From Candidatus Bathyarchaeota archaeon (GTDB lineage: Archaea > Thermoproteota > Bathyarchaeia > 40CM-2-53-6): 64,000 nucleotides of DNA. Of the stretch, positions 1 through 9,358 are shown one piece after another. Within the stretch, counting starts at the first letter, position 1. Each line of letters begins with the position of its first letter. The stretch covers positions 96,001 to 160,000 of the forward strand of contig CAWHWX010000019.1 of assembly GCA_963833125.1 (NCBI GenBank), read 5' to 3'. The notes below the pieces were generated by a model. That model saw nothing but the letters and a program-made list of their open reading frames with translations. It was not told the DNA's origin and did no database searches. The position numbers were made by a program, and so were the translations under genes.

Positions 1-2
1 AG

Positions 3-152
3 ATACTAGGCCCCGAGAAGGCCCTTATGATCCCGAAGGAGATTGCGACTTTTAGGTTCAACCTACCGAGCGGGATCCGGGTTGATGTCGACGGAGAACG
101 GTTAGTGGCTCGACCCGAGAGCAGACTCAAGACTAGAGTTAGGCGATGGTAA
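3..152 (+). CDS. rnp1: RNase P protein Rpp29, 3' part (truncated by window start)
   Basis: Hand translation ILGPEKALMIPKEIATFRFNLPSGIRVDVDGERLVARPESRLKTRVRRW*; IPK..F.F and G..L..RPE.RLK motifs; usual position before rps17; TAA overlaps the rps17 ATG. Confidence 0.85.
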   Translation: MLGPEKALMIPKEIATFRFNLPSGIRVDVDGERLVARPESRLKTRVRRW

Positions 153-481
153 TGTCAGACCTCGGAATAGGTGCGATTGCACCAAAGAAAGCTTGCGATG
201 ATCGTAACTGCCCGTTCCATGGCGGTCTATCGGTGCGAAGAAAATTCCTCGACGGGCGAGTAGTAAGCGCAAAGATGATGAAAACGGTAACAGTGGAAAG
301 GGATTACCAACAATACGATCCGAAGTATATGCGGTATGAAAAACGTCGAAGCCGAATTTTGGCCCACAGTCCGCCGTGCCTAGAGGTGCGGGAAGGTGAC
401 AGGGTTAAGGTTGCTGAATGCAGACCGATCAGCAAAGAAGTCGCCTTTGTAGTCGTAGAGAAATTAACAGGAATTTCTTGA
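152..481 (+). CDS. rps17: 30S ribosomal protein uS17
   Basis: CDDRNCPFHG, GRVVSAKM.KTVTVER and VAECRPISK motifs; ATG at 152 overlaps the rnp1 stop. Confidence 0.97.
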   Translation: MSDLGIGAIAPKKACDDRNCPFHGGLSVRRKFLDGRVVSAKMMKTVTVERDYQQYDPKYMRYEKRRSRILAHSPPCLEVREGDRVKVAECRPISKEVAFVVVEKLTGIS

Positions 482-556
482 CGTAACGACACAATTCTAA
501 CAACATAACCTTAATTTGTTGCAGCAACGTTCAGCAGCGCCTTACGTGAAGGAAAA

Positions 557-994
557 TTGCCAGCCCCCAAGACTAGAGCTGTCAGCGCCAAGGGAATGGT
601 AGAGTATCGGCCGCGTATTGCACGGGGGCTACCAAACGGAAGCCGCATCAACTGCGCCGATAACACTGGCGCCAAGGAATTGAAAGTTATACAGGTTCTC
701 GCTCACCACACCCGCCTTAGGCGAGTTCCCTCAGCCTGCGTTGGCGACATGATCATGGTTTCGGTATCGAAGGGAACGCCGGACTTGAGAAGGCAAATGT
801 TCCCGGCAGTCGTCGTTCGCCAAGTTCGAATTTTCAGGCGCCCCGACGGAACTAGGCTCTCTTTTCATGACAATGCAGGAGTTATCATGACTCCCGAGGG
901 CGAGTTGAAGGGCACCGAAATTCGTGGACCAGTGGCGAAAGAAGCAGCAGAACGATGGCCTAGAGTAGCCAACCTCGCAAGCATAATCATCTGA
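557..994 (+). CDS. rpl14: 50S ribosomal protein uL14
   Basis: CADNTGAK, AVVVRQ, F.DNAGVI, KGTEIRGPVAKEAAERWP. Confidence 0.97.
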   Translation: MPAPKTRAVSAKGMVEYRPRIARGLPNGSRINCADNTGAKELKVIQVLAHHTRLRRVPSACVGDMIMVSVSKGTPDLRRQMFPAVVVRQVRIFRRPDGTRLSFHDNAGVIMTPEGELKGTEIRGPVAKEAAERWPRVANLASIII

Positions 995-1004
995 GGGAAC
1001 ATGG

Positions 1005-1388
1005 ATGAACGTACGCCGACCCTCAAAGCAACGAAAGAAAAACTATAACGCCCAAGGCCAAGCCCTCAGAAAGCTACTTGCCGCATCACTTTCCGAAGAA
1101 TTGCAGACGACCCAAGGAAGAAGATCCTATCCTGTTCGGAAAGGGGACACCGTGAAAATCCTACGAGGGGATTACGCGGGAGTTGAAGGAAAGGTAAATG
1201 ACATCGACACCCGCGGCCAACGATTGTTCGTCGAAGGAGTCTCGCGGGAAATGACATCAGGCACCTCAACCAACGTATCAGTTCACAGTTCGAAGGTCAT
1301 GATTACCAAACTCAACCTCGACGACAAATGGCGAACAGAATCAATCAAACTAACGCAGACAAAACCAAGCAAGGAAGGCACTGAATAA
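1005..1388 (+). CDS. rpl24: 50S ribosomal protein uL24
   Basis: PSKQRK, VRKGDTVKILRGD KOW motif, HSSKVMITKL. Confidence 0.96.
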   Translation: MNVRRPSKQRKKNYNAQGQALRKLLAASLSEELQTTQGRRSYPVRKGDTVKILRGDYAGVEGKVNDIDTRGQRLFVEGVSREMTSGTSTNVSVHSSKVMITKLNLDDKWRTESIKLTQTKPSKEGTE

Positions 1389-2131
1389 TGGCACGCAAAG
1401 GCGGACTCCGCCACCTAAAGAGACTAGCCTCCCCGGCCTTCTGGCCCATACATAGAAAGGAATCCCCATGGGTGCCGAAACCGAATCCTGGAGCGCACGG
1501 ATCCTCGCTCTGCCTCCCGCTAGAACTCATCGTCAGGGACGAACTGAAACTCGCGAAGGATCGCCGAGAAGTATCGAAGGTACTCGCTGGAGGAAAGGTA
1601 AAGGTAGATGGGAGATCGAGACTTGAGAAGAATCACCCCGCGGGCCTTATGGATGTAATCGAATTTACAGACACGAACCTAACATACCGAATGCTGCCGG
1701 TGAAGGGCAAGGGTCTTAGCCTCATTAAGATTTCAAAAGAAGAAGCCAAGTTCAAACTCTGCAAGATCCTACGAAAAAGAACAGCGCCGAAAGGGCTCAT
1801 ACAATATGGAACGCACGACGGGCGAAGTCTCAGCGTCCCACCGACGGACACGCAGGCAGCAGCGTACTCAACTAACGACACCTTGCGAATCAGTATACCC
1901 ACGCAACGAGTACTGAACCACATAAAATTTGAGAAGGGCAACTACGCTTTGGTCACAGCCGGCCGCAACCTTGGGAAGAGCGGCAAGATTGTGGAAACAC
2001 AACCCGGAACCGCTACCCGCCCTGCTATGGTGAGGATAGAAGACGACACTGGAAACAAGTTCGATACAGTACTCGCCTACACATTCGTGGTCGGCACCGA
2101 CAAACCAGCCATAAAATTGGAGGCAGCTTAG
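1388..2131 (+). CDS. rps4e: 30S ribosomal protein eS4
   Basis: HLKRLASP..WPI.RKE, GLMDVI, HDGR, VTAGRNLG. Confidence 0.97.
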   Translation: MARKGGLRHLKRLASPAFWPIHRKESPWVPKPNPGAHGSSLCLPLELIVRDELKLAKDRREVSKVLAGGKVKVDGRSRLEKNHPAGLMDVIEFTDTNLTYRMLPVKGKGLSLIKISKEEAKFKLCKILRKRTAPKGLIQYGTHDGRSLSVPPTDTQAAAYSTNDTLRISIPTQRVLNHIKFEKGNYALVTAGRNLGKSGKIVETQPGTATRPAMVRIEDDTGNKFDTVLAYTFVVGTDKPAIKLEAA

Positions 2132-2134
2132 GCC

Positions 2135-2674
2135 ATGCAAACCGTAACCGAAACGATACACGAAAATCCGATGCGAACCATCAAACTCGCGAAGGTCACA
2201 GTGCATATGGGAGTAGGGAAATCGGGCGAAATGCTCGAGAAAGCAAAGAAAATAATTACCGAGCTGACCGGTCAAAAACCCTGCACCAAACAAGCCAAGA
2301 TGACGATAAAGGAGTTTGGCATACGTGAAGGAGAACCAATCTCCTGCCTGACAACCCTGCGAGGTGAAAGGGCCGCCACATTTCTGAAACGAGCGCTCGA
2401 TGCAGTGAATAACTCAATTAAGCGATCAAGCTTCGACGAAAATGGAAACTTTGCTTTCGGCATAAAGGAACACATTGAGATTCCAGGCACTAAGTACGTG
2501 CCGGAGTTAGGCATCATCGGAATGGATGTTGTCGCAACCCTCGAACGCCCCGGTTTCCGGGTTAAGAGAAGAAGGATCAGGCCTTCCAAAATCGGCAAAT
2601 CTCAAAGAGTAACACGAGAAGACGCAATCAAATTCGTTACAGACAACTTTGGGGTACAAATTAGCGAGGCCTAG
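2135..2674 (+). CDS. rpl5: 50S ribosomal protein uL5
   Basis: [32 protein letters not shown]. Confidence 0.97.
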   Translation: MQTVTETIHENPMRTIKLAKVTVHMGVGKSGEMLEKAKKIITELTGQKPCTKQAKMTIKEFGIREGEPISCLTTLRGERAATFLKRALDAVNNSIKRSSFDENGNFAFGIKEHIEIPGTKYVPELGIIGMDVVATLERPGFRVKRRRIRPSKIGKSQRVTREDAIKFVTDNFGVQISEA

Positions 2675-2679
2675 ATAGA

Positions 2680-2844
2680 ATGGCCAAGATAAAAGCGAAA
2701 AAGGTTCGAAAGTACGGAAAGGGCAGCAGGCCATGCAGACGATGCGGCCAATACGGCCCCGTCATCCGAAAGTACGACCTCTACCTCTGCCGACAATGCT
2801 TTCGGGAACTAGCGCCGGCCCTGGGCTTCAAGAAATACATGTAG
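2680..2844 (+). CDS. rps14: 30S ribosomal protein uS14 (Zn-binding), 54 aa, not in ORF track
   Basis: Hand translation [54 protein letters not shown]. Confidence 0.97.
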   Translation: MAKIKAKKVRKYGKGSRPCRRCGQYGPVIRKYDLYLCRQCFRELAPALGFKKYM

Positions 2845-2855
2845 GTTGGGAAATT

Positions 2856-3407
2856 TTGGTCATCGTCGAATTAATCGAAAGGAACCTTCCGATTCCCGAA
2901 GGAGTTCAACTCAGCGTCGAGGGACGGAGAATTAAAGCCACGGGACCAAAGGGAGAGCTGGAAGAAGACTTCGCACACCTACCCGTTCAGTTTGAATTAA
3001 AGGATCAGACACTAAGAATCTTTGCGCCATGGGCAAGAAAACGTGAAGTCGCGCTCGTTGGCACAGCCCTAGCTCACGTTAGAAATATGATCCGCGGCGT
3101 GACCTCAGGCTACACCTACAAACTCAAGATTGTGTACGCGCACTTCCCGGTGACTGTAAAGGTAATCGAGAAGGAAAAGAAACTTACAATAGACAACTTC
3201 ACGGGCGAGAAGACTTCACGTGTCATTAAAATCGTTGGAAATGCCAAGGTGAAGGTCGCAGGCGACGAACTACACGTCCAAGGAATCAGCCTCAGCGATG
3301 TAAGCCAAACCGCGGCGAACATTCAAGACGGAACCAGGATACCAGACAAAGACCAGCGCGTCTTCCTAGATGGAATATACATCTTCGAGAAGAATGAGGG
3401 AATGTAA
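2856..3407 (+). CDS. rpl6: 50S ribosomal protein uL6
   Basis: IPEGV, GPKGEL, HVRNMIRGVT.GY.YKLKIVYAHFP, KDQRVFLDGIY; likely TTG start at 2856 (the track start at 2733 overlaps rps14). Confidence 0.96.
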   Translation: MVIVELIERNLPIPEGVQLSVEGRRIKATGPKGELEEDFAHLPVQFELKDQTLRIFAPWARKREVALVGTALAHVRNMIRGVTSGYTYKLKIVYAHFPVTVKVIEKEKKLTIDNFTGEKTSRVIKIVGNAKVKVAGDELHVQGISLSDVSQTAANIQDGTRIPDKDQRVFLDGIYIFEKNEGM

Positions 3408-3962
3408 ATGTCATACAAAAGACCCCACTTCGTCCGAGAGGAGAGTTGGCGCTACAAGCGAGTTAAGCCACCCTGGCGAGCCCCGCACGGCAAGACAAGC
3501 AGAGTCAGACGCAGCAAAGAAGGATGGCCACCCGTAGTAAAGATAGGTTACTCGAGACCGAAGGCAACGCGCGGCCAACACCCGTCAGGCCTCAAAGAGG
3601 TCATGGTATGGCGACCAAAAGACCTGGAGGGGATCGATTCAAAGACTCAGGCCGCAAGAATAGCTCATACGGTAGGAGAAAACAAGCGGGTACAGATTCT
3701 GGAAGATGCAAAGAAGGCTAACATCAGAGTTCTAAACCCAGGGCTGAAGAAACCGGCGGAAGTCGTGCCCGAAACAGTTACAGAACCCACAGAAGCCACC
3801 GTTGAAACCGAAGCTCCACCTGAATTGGCTGCCGAAACTAAAACCGGCGTGACTGAAGAACCCGCACCAAAATCAGAGACGAAGGAAACAGAAAAGCCCG
3901 GAAAGAAAGAGTCTAAGAAACGCCGCACCGGTAAGAGTGGCAAGAAGAAGGGTAAGAAATGA
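3408..3962 (+). CDS. rpl32e: 50S ribosomal protein eL32 with long acidic-then-basic C-terminal tail
   Basis: RPHFVREESWRYKRV..WRAPHG, HPSG, IRVLNP. Confidence 0.95.
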   Translation: MSYKRPHFVREESWRYKRVKPPWRAPHGKTSRVRRSKEGWPPVVKIGYSRPKATRGQHPSGLKEVMVWRPKDLEGIDSKTQAARIAHTVGENKRVQILEDAKKANIRVLNPGLKKPAEVVPETVTEPTEATVETEAPPELAAETKTGVTEEPAPKSETKETEKPGKKESKKRRTGKSGKKKGKK

Positions 3963-4402
3963 GCGTCGTAAGCCAGAAACGATTGGCGGCTGAAATCCTA
4001 AAGGTCGGCCGCAGCAGAGTCTGGGTCGACCCAGAGGACACCGATAGAGTGTCATCAGCGATAACTCGCGAGGAAATCCGCAAACTCATTCACGAGGGCA
4101 GCATCAAGAAAGTACCCCAAATCGGAATCAGTCGAGGAAGAAAGCGGGCACGGCGAGAGGAACTGTTGGCTGGGCGCCACAAAGGCCCAGGTAGTGTCAA
4201 GGGAAGCACTACTCATCGTAAGAGGCGATGGGTGATTCGAATAAGGTCGATTCGGAACAGACTCCGGACATTGCGTGACAAACGATTCATAACTACACAG
4301 GTTTACAGGAAGCTTACACTCATGGCCAAGGGCGGAACCTTTCGGAGTGGGGCACATTTGGACGAGTACATAGAAACGCACAAGTTGTCGAGGAGACGCT
4401 AA
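3959..4402 (+). CDS. rpl19e: 50S ribosomal protein eL19
   Basis: QKRLAAEILKVG..RVW.DP, AITREEIR, GPGS.KG, AKGG.F. Confidence 0.97.
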   Translation: MSVVSQKRLAAEILKVGRSRVWVDPEDTDRVSSAITREEIRKLIHEGSIKKVPQIGISRGRKRARREELLAGRHKGPGSVKGSTTHRKRRWVIRIRSIRNRLRTLRDKRFITTQVYRKLTLMAKGGTFRSGAHLDEYIETHKLSRRR

Positions 4403-4403
4403 A

Positions 4404-5042
4404 ATGCAAACCGCACAAACACAAAGAGCTGAGGCCGGCTGGGTTCCCAAGACCAAAGTCGGCAAAATGGTCCAGAGCGGAGAAATAGTCTCGCTCGAAG
4501 ACATCTTTACTCAAGGACTGAAGATGAAAGAACCCGAGATAGTCGACGTATTACTGCCAGGCTTAAGGCAGGAAGTTCTCGGCATTGGGTTCGTACAGAA
4601 ACAAACTGACGCAGGCGAGAAGTCACGATTCAAAGCAGTGGTTGCTGTTGGGAATGGAACCGGCTTCCTCGGTGTTGGTCAAGGTAAGGCTAGACAGGTG
4701 CGTAGTGCGATTGACAAAGCAACTCTAGCTGCTAAGCTAGGCGTCGTTCCAATACGACGCGGATGCGGAAGTTGGGAGTGTGGTTGCGGCCAAGCTCACT
4801 CGATCCCATTCAGGGTAAGAGGCAAGTGCGGCAGCGTGGCAATCGAGGTTCTACCCGGACCTAGAGGGCTCGGACTCGTTGGGGGAGAAACTCCAAAGAT
4901 CATTCTCACATTAGCTGGCATTAAGGACTGCTGGACTAGAAGCTTTGGATCGACGAGCACAGTGGGCTCAATGGCGTTCGCAGTTTACGAGGCGCTCCGG
5001 AGCACCTACGGCATCGTCGCACCGAAAGACTGGGTTGTTTAG
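4404..5042 (+). CDS. rps5: 30S ribosomal protein uS5
   Basis: WVPKTKVG, QKQTDAGE, RRGCGSWECGCG, PGPRGLGL. Confidence 0.97.
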   Translation: MQTAQTQRAEAGWVPKTKVGKMVQSGEIVSLEDIFTQGLKMKEPEIVDVLLPGLRQEVLGIGFVQKQTDAGEKSRFKAVVAVGNGTGFLGVGQGKARQVRSAIDKATLAAKLGVVPIRRGCGSWECGCGQAHSIPFRVRGKCGSVAIEVLPGPRGLGLVGGETPKIILTLAGIKDCWTRSFGSTSTVGSMAFAVYEALRSTYGIVAPKDWVV

Positions 5043-5047
5043 CCGAC

Positions 5048-6253
5048 CTAGATTACGCCCAACGCCTTACCGGTCTTCTCAAACGCTTGGAGCGCAATAT
5101 CCAAGTCAGCCTTCGAATGCCCAGCATTCATGATCGTCCGTATCCTTGCCTTATCGCGGGCGACCATAGGAAACACGATGGGTAGCGCAAAAACGTTCTC
5201 GTCGAAGAGCATCTCACTCATCTTGCGAGCCGTCGAACTCTGACCAACGATAACAGGGGTAATTGGTGTCTCGCTAGCACCTGTATCAAAGCCCAAACTG
5301 CGCAAACCAGTCTTGAAGTAACGTGTATTCTCCCAAAGCCTCTTCAAATGCTCAGGCTCGTGCTCAATGACCTCAATGCTCGCCTTACATGAAGCAACAA
5401 CACTCGCCGGGTGAGAACCACTCAGCAACCAAGTTCTCGACTTATTCAACGCATAATTTACCAAGTCTTTCGAGCCGGCAATGTAGCCACCCACGACGCC
5501 GAACGCCTTAGAGAAAGTGCCCATCTCCACGTCTACCTTTCCCTCGATGTGGAAGTGTGAAGTAATTCCTCGACCCGCATCTCCGAGAACTCCATCTCCA
5601 TGGGCGTCGTCGATGTACGTCATTGCACCATGTTGCGCTGCGAGCCTAACAATTGCGTCGGCAGGCGCGATATCGCCATCCATGCTGAAGACGCCGTCAG
5701 TAACAATCAAAATATGTTTGTAATTCTTCGTCTCAGCATCATCCAATACACGCTTAAGATCATCTGCGTCACGGTGTTTGTAGACGGTTCTCTCGGCACG
5801 GCTGAGACGAACACCATCAATTATGCTTCCATGGTTGAGTTCGTCACTGATTATCAGATCCCCTTCACTCGCGAGTTGTGGGATCAGACCTGCGTTCACT
5901 GCAAACCCCGTTGAATACGCTAGGGATGATTCAGTGCCCTTGTACTTGGCGAGGGCTTGTTCAAGCTCGATGTGTGCTTGCATTGTTCCGGCAATCGGCC
6001 GAACAGAACCAGAGCCAGCTCCGAACTTCTCTATTGCATCCAGAGCGGCTTTCTTCACTTTTGGATGGTTGGTTAGGTTAAGGTAGTTGTTCGAACACAG
6101 CATCAGAACTTTTCTGCCCGAAACGATAGTCCAAGGTCCGTTGCTGCTCGCGAGGATGCGTACTCGCCAATCAAGGTCCTCCGAAACCAACCTATCGTAT
6201 TCCTGGCGCAAAAAAGAACGCGGGTCTCTCTTGACACTTGACGGCAATGCCAT
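5048..6253 (-). CDS. kbl: Glycine C-acetyltransferase (2-amino-3-ketobutyrate CoA ligase, PLP)
   Basis: CSNNYL, DELNHGSIIDG, DDAHG, GTFSKA; divergent from tdh. Confidence 0.9.
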   Translation of the reverse strand: MALPSSVKRDPRSFLRQEYDRLVSEDLDWRVRILASSNGPWTIVSGRKVLMLCSNNYLNLTNHPKVKKAALDAIEKFGAGSGSVRPIAGTMQAHIELEQALAKYKGTESSLAYSTGFAVNAGLIPQLASEGDLIISDELNHGSIIDGVRLSRAERTVYKHRDADDLKRVLDDAETKNYKHILIVTDGVFSMDGDIAPADAIVRLAAQHGAMTYIDDAHGDGVLGDAGRGITSHFHIEGKVDVEMGTFSKAFGVVGGYIAGSKDLVNYALNKSRTWLLSGSHPASVVASCKASIEVIEHEPEHLKRLWENTRYFKTGLRSLGFDTGASETPITPVIVGQSSTARKMSEMLFDENVFALPIVFPMVARDKARIRTIMNAGHSKADLDIALQAFEKTGKALGVI

Positions 6254-6363
6254 AAGATCTCAACTATTGCCTGAGTCCAGAGATGTTGCCAAAATAGGTT
6301 TGCCCGTGGAAGCTGCAGGCAAAACATAAAGGTTGAACGCGTCGTTAGAACGACGAACCGATT

Positions 6364-7392
6364 GTGAAGGCATTCGCGAAGATTCGCCCCGAACCTGGCT
6401 TAAAGGAAATTAAGGTGGATCAACCTCAGCCGGGCTATCGTGAGGTTCTCGTCAAGGTGAATGTGACCTCAGTTTGTGGGACGGATTATCACATTTACAG
6501 CTGGGACGAGTGGGCGCAAGCGCACATAAAACCTCCACGCATCATCGGGCACGAATTCGCAGGCGAAGTCGTAGAACTGGGACCGGACGTGACCACGCGA
6601 AAAGTCGGAGATATGGTCGCCGCGGAGAGCCACATCGCATGCGGCACCTGTTACCAATGCCGAACTGGCAACGCTCACATATGTGAGCGACTTCGGATAA
6701 TAGGAGTCGATGTCGACGGATCGTTTGCGGATTACGTCAAAATTCCCGAGCAAAACGCGTGGCCAATTCCAAAGGAAGTACCGACCGAAACCGCATCAAT
6801 TCTCGAACCTCTGGGAAACGCTGTGCACGCAGCCTTTGCGGCTGACATCGCAGGAAACGACGTCACAATTTTCGGCTGCGGCCCAGTAGGCCTCTCAGCA
6901 GTTGCTCTAACGAACGTTTCGGGCGCTCTTTCAGTTACAGCTGTTGATGTTAACGAGTACAGGTTGAAGCTTGCTGCTCGAATGGGAGCCTCGAAGACCA
7001 TCAACTCCAAGGAACGAGACGCCGTGGCGGAGATTCATGCCGATACCGAAGGACGCGGCGCTGGAGTAGTTCTAGAGATGTCAGGAAACGAAGTCGCCAT
7101 TGGAAATGCATTTCGCGCAGTGCGCAACGGCGGGACCGTGATACTGTTTGGGCTTCCATCGAGAGAGGTGAAGCTGAACGTTGGCGATGATCTGATCTTC
7201 AAAGAAGCTCATGTTCGCGGCATCGTGGGGCGCGAGATCTTCAGGACTTGGTATAAGGTCGAGGCTCTCCTAAAGTCGGGAAAGGTTGACCTGCGGCCGT
7301 TGATAACTCATCGAATGTCGCTCAACCAACTCGATGAAGCAATGAAACTAGTTGGTTCAGGAGATTGTGGTAAGATCGTGCTAACCCCGTGA
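6364..7392 (+). CDS. tdh: L-threonine 3-dehydrogenase
   Basis: CGTD, GHEFAG, CGTCYQCRTGNAHIC, EPLGNAVH, GCGPVG; paired with kbl. Confidence 0.92.
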   Translation: MKAFAKIRPEPGLKEIKVDQPQPGYREVLVKVNVTSVCGTDYHIYSWDEWAQAHIKPPRIIGHEFAGEVVELGPDVTTRKVGDMVAAESHIACGTCYQCRTGNAHICERLRIIGVDVDGSFADYVKIPEQNAWPIPKEVPTETASILEPLGNAVHAAFAADIAGNDVTIFGCGPVGLSAVALTNVSGALSVTAVDVNEYRLKLAARMGASKTINSKERDAVAEIHADTEGRGAGVVLEMSGNEVAIGNAFRAVRNGGTVILFGLPSREVKLNVGDDLIFKEAHVRGIVGREIFRTWYKVEALLKSGKVDLRPLITHRMSLNQLDEAMKLVGSGDCGKIVLTP

Positions 7393-7465
7393 TGCCGGAA
7401 ACATTTATCTTAGGCACTTCTGAACCTCGCGTGATTCAATTAACGATCGAGTGAAGGTTGTCCAG

Positions 7466-7927
7466 TTGGCCACAAGGTTGAGGAAAGGGCGTCGTCTAAG
7501 GGCTTCACGTACTCACGGTTGGGGTACATCTGGCCAACACAGAGGAACCGGAATGCAGGGAGGAGCCGGCATATCTGGAAGATACAGAGGCAAGCGGTCG
7601 CGCTTGATCAGAACCGGGGAATTCGCCCATATGCACTACAAGGGGAAGAAAGGCTTCACTCCTGTTTCTGCAAGCAAGGATCCCGGGCGGACTTTGGACC
7701 TGTGGCAACTATCAAGCTTGGTTGACAAACTAGTTGCTGAGAAGAAGACCCAAACAACGGGGGAAAAGATTGTGGTGGACCTAAAGGAACTTGGGTTCAG
7801 GAAACTGCTTGGGTCAGGTTCCATCTCGAGACCTGTTCAAGTGAAGGTGGACAAGTGTTCTGAAGGTGCCGCGAAGAAGTTGAAGGAAGCCGGCGGAGAA
7901 TTGATCAGCGCTACGGCCGCCAAGTGA
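7466..7927 (+). CDS. rpl15: 50S ribosomal protein uL15
   Basis: RTHGWG..GQHRG.G..GG.G, KLLGSG, A.KKL.EAGG; likely TTG start at 7466. Confidence 0.95.
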   Translation: MATRLRKGRRLRASRTHGWGTSGQHRGTGMQGGAGISGRYRGKRSRLIRTGEFAHMHYKGKKGFTPVSASKDPGRTLDLWQLSSLVDKLVAEKKTQTTGEKIVVDLKELGFRKLLGSGSISRPVQVKVDKCSEGAAKKLKEAGGELISATAAK

Positions 7928-7933
7928 ATTTGA

Positions 7934-9355
7934 ATGGTCCGTTTCATCGAGCTCTTCAAACCGATTGCTCGTTTCTTCCCTGACATTAAAGCGCCCGACA
8001 GGAAAGTTGCCTTTAATGAAAAGATTTTCTGGACCGCTATCGCGCTCATCATCTACTTCGTAATGTCGCAAACCCCTCTCTACGGAATCGGCAACGCGGG
8101 GCTAAACGACCCTCTAGGCTCGCTTAGAGTAATCTTCGCTTCAAACCGCGGCACGCTTATGGAACTTGGAATCGGACCCATAGTCACCGCCGGCCTGATT
8201 CTCCAAGTCTTGGCAGGCTCGAAGATGGTGAACATTGATATGAGCAACCCCGAGGACCGATCGCTATTCACCAGCGCGAGCAAGATTCTTTCAGTCGTCA
8301 TGACTATTTTTGAGGCTTCAGCATACATACTCGGAGGAACCTATGGCTCCATCCCCGTCACGACGGAAATGGTAATCATGCTTCAACTCGTCGCGGCAGG
8401 ACTTATCGTACTGTTGCTTGACGAGCTCCTTCAGAAAGGCTGGGGGCTGGGAAGCGGAATCAGCCTCTTCATCGCCGCCGGAGTGGCATCCACAATTTGG
8501 TGGGATTCAGTAGCACCGATGGGACCAATGTCAGACGGCAAGTACCTAGGCGCGTTAATCGCCTTCTCCCAGGGAGTCAGCGGTGGCCTCGTCGGGGTAC
8601 GAACGGTCCTCTCGCACACGGGAGGTCTCCCAGATATGGTCGCGTTCATGACGACGCTAGGCGTCTTCGCAATCATAATCTACTTCAACGGCATGCGTGT
8701 TGAAATCCCCGTCTCATATGCAAGGTACCGTGGCTTCCGTGGAAAATTCCCATTGAAGCTATTCTATGTCTCAAACATTCCAGTAATCTTCGCAGCCGCC
8801 CTCTTTGGTAACATCTACTTCATTTCACAACTGATCTGGCAGAGGTACAACAATCTCAACGCCAACTTCTGGCTAAACCTGGTTGGCACCTTCACCGTCC
8901 AGGGAACTCAATATCAACCGTCGGGTGGACTGGTCTATTACGTCGTTCCCCCTCAGAGCCTCCAGCTCACGCTTACCGATCCGTTGAGGGCGTTGGTGTA
9001 CTTGGGTCTGTTAATCATGGGCTGCGTATTTTTTGCGGTGACATGGGTGGAGGTTGGAGGCATGGATTCCCGAACTGTTGCCAGGCAGTTGCTGGATTCG
9101 GGGATGCAGATCGAGGGGTTCAGGCGATCTGAAGTCCCAATAAGACAGATCCTAGACCGGTACATTCCAGTTGTTACAATTCTGGGTGCTATCCTCATTG
9201 GCCTAATCGCTGGAGTGGCGAACTTCCTTGGAGCATTCGGTTCTGGAACTGGCATCCTTCTAACGGTGGGCATCATAGAGCAATACTATCAAATCTTCGT
9301 GCAAGAGAGGATCACGGAACTTTACCCAGCCGCCAGAGGGTTCCTGGGTGAATAG
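7934..9355 (+). CDS. secY: Preprotein translocase SecY/Sec61-alpha
   Basis: GTLMELGIGPIVTAG, GLGSGISLFIA, KLFYVSNIP, GSGTGILLTV; multi-TM. Confidence 0.98.
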   Translation: MVRFIELFKPIARFFPDIKAPDRKVAFNEKIFWTAIALIIYFVMSQTPLYGIGNAGLNDPLGSLRVIFASNRGTLMELGIGPIVTAGLILQVLAGSKMVNIDMSNPEDRSLFTSASKILSVVMTIFEASAYILGGTYGSIPVTTEMVIMLQLVAAGLIVLLLDELLQKGWGLGSGISLFIAAGVASTIWWDSVAPMGPMSDGKYLGALIAFSQGVSGGLVGVRTVLSHTGGLPDMVAFMTTLGVFAIIIYFNGMRVEIPVSYARYRGFRGKFPLKLFYVSNIPVIFAAALFGNIYFISQLIWQRYNNLNANFWLNLVGTFTVQGTQYQPSGGLVYYVVPPQSLQLTLTDPLRALVYLGLLIMGCVFFAVTWVEVGGMDSRTVARQLLDSGMQIEGFRRSEVPIRQILDRYIPVVTILGAILIGLIAGVANFLGAFGSGTGILLTVGIIEQYYQIFVQERITELYPAARGFLGE

Positions 9356-9358
9356 GCG

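Noticed and set aside
2733-2855. 41-aa N-terminal extension on uL6 suggested by the ORF track
   Set aside because: It is an off-frame read of rps14; uL6 homology starts at about 2856
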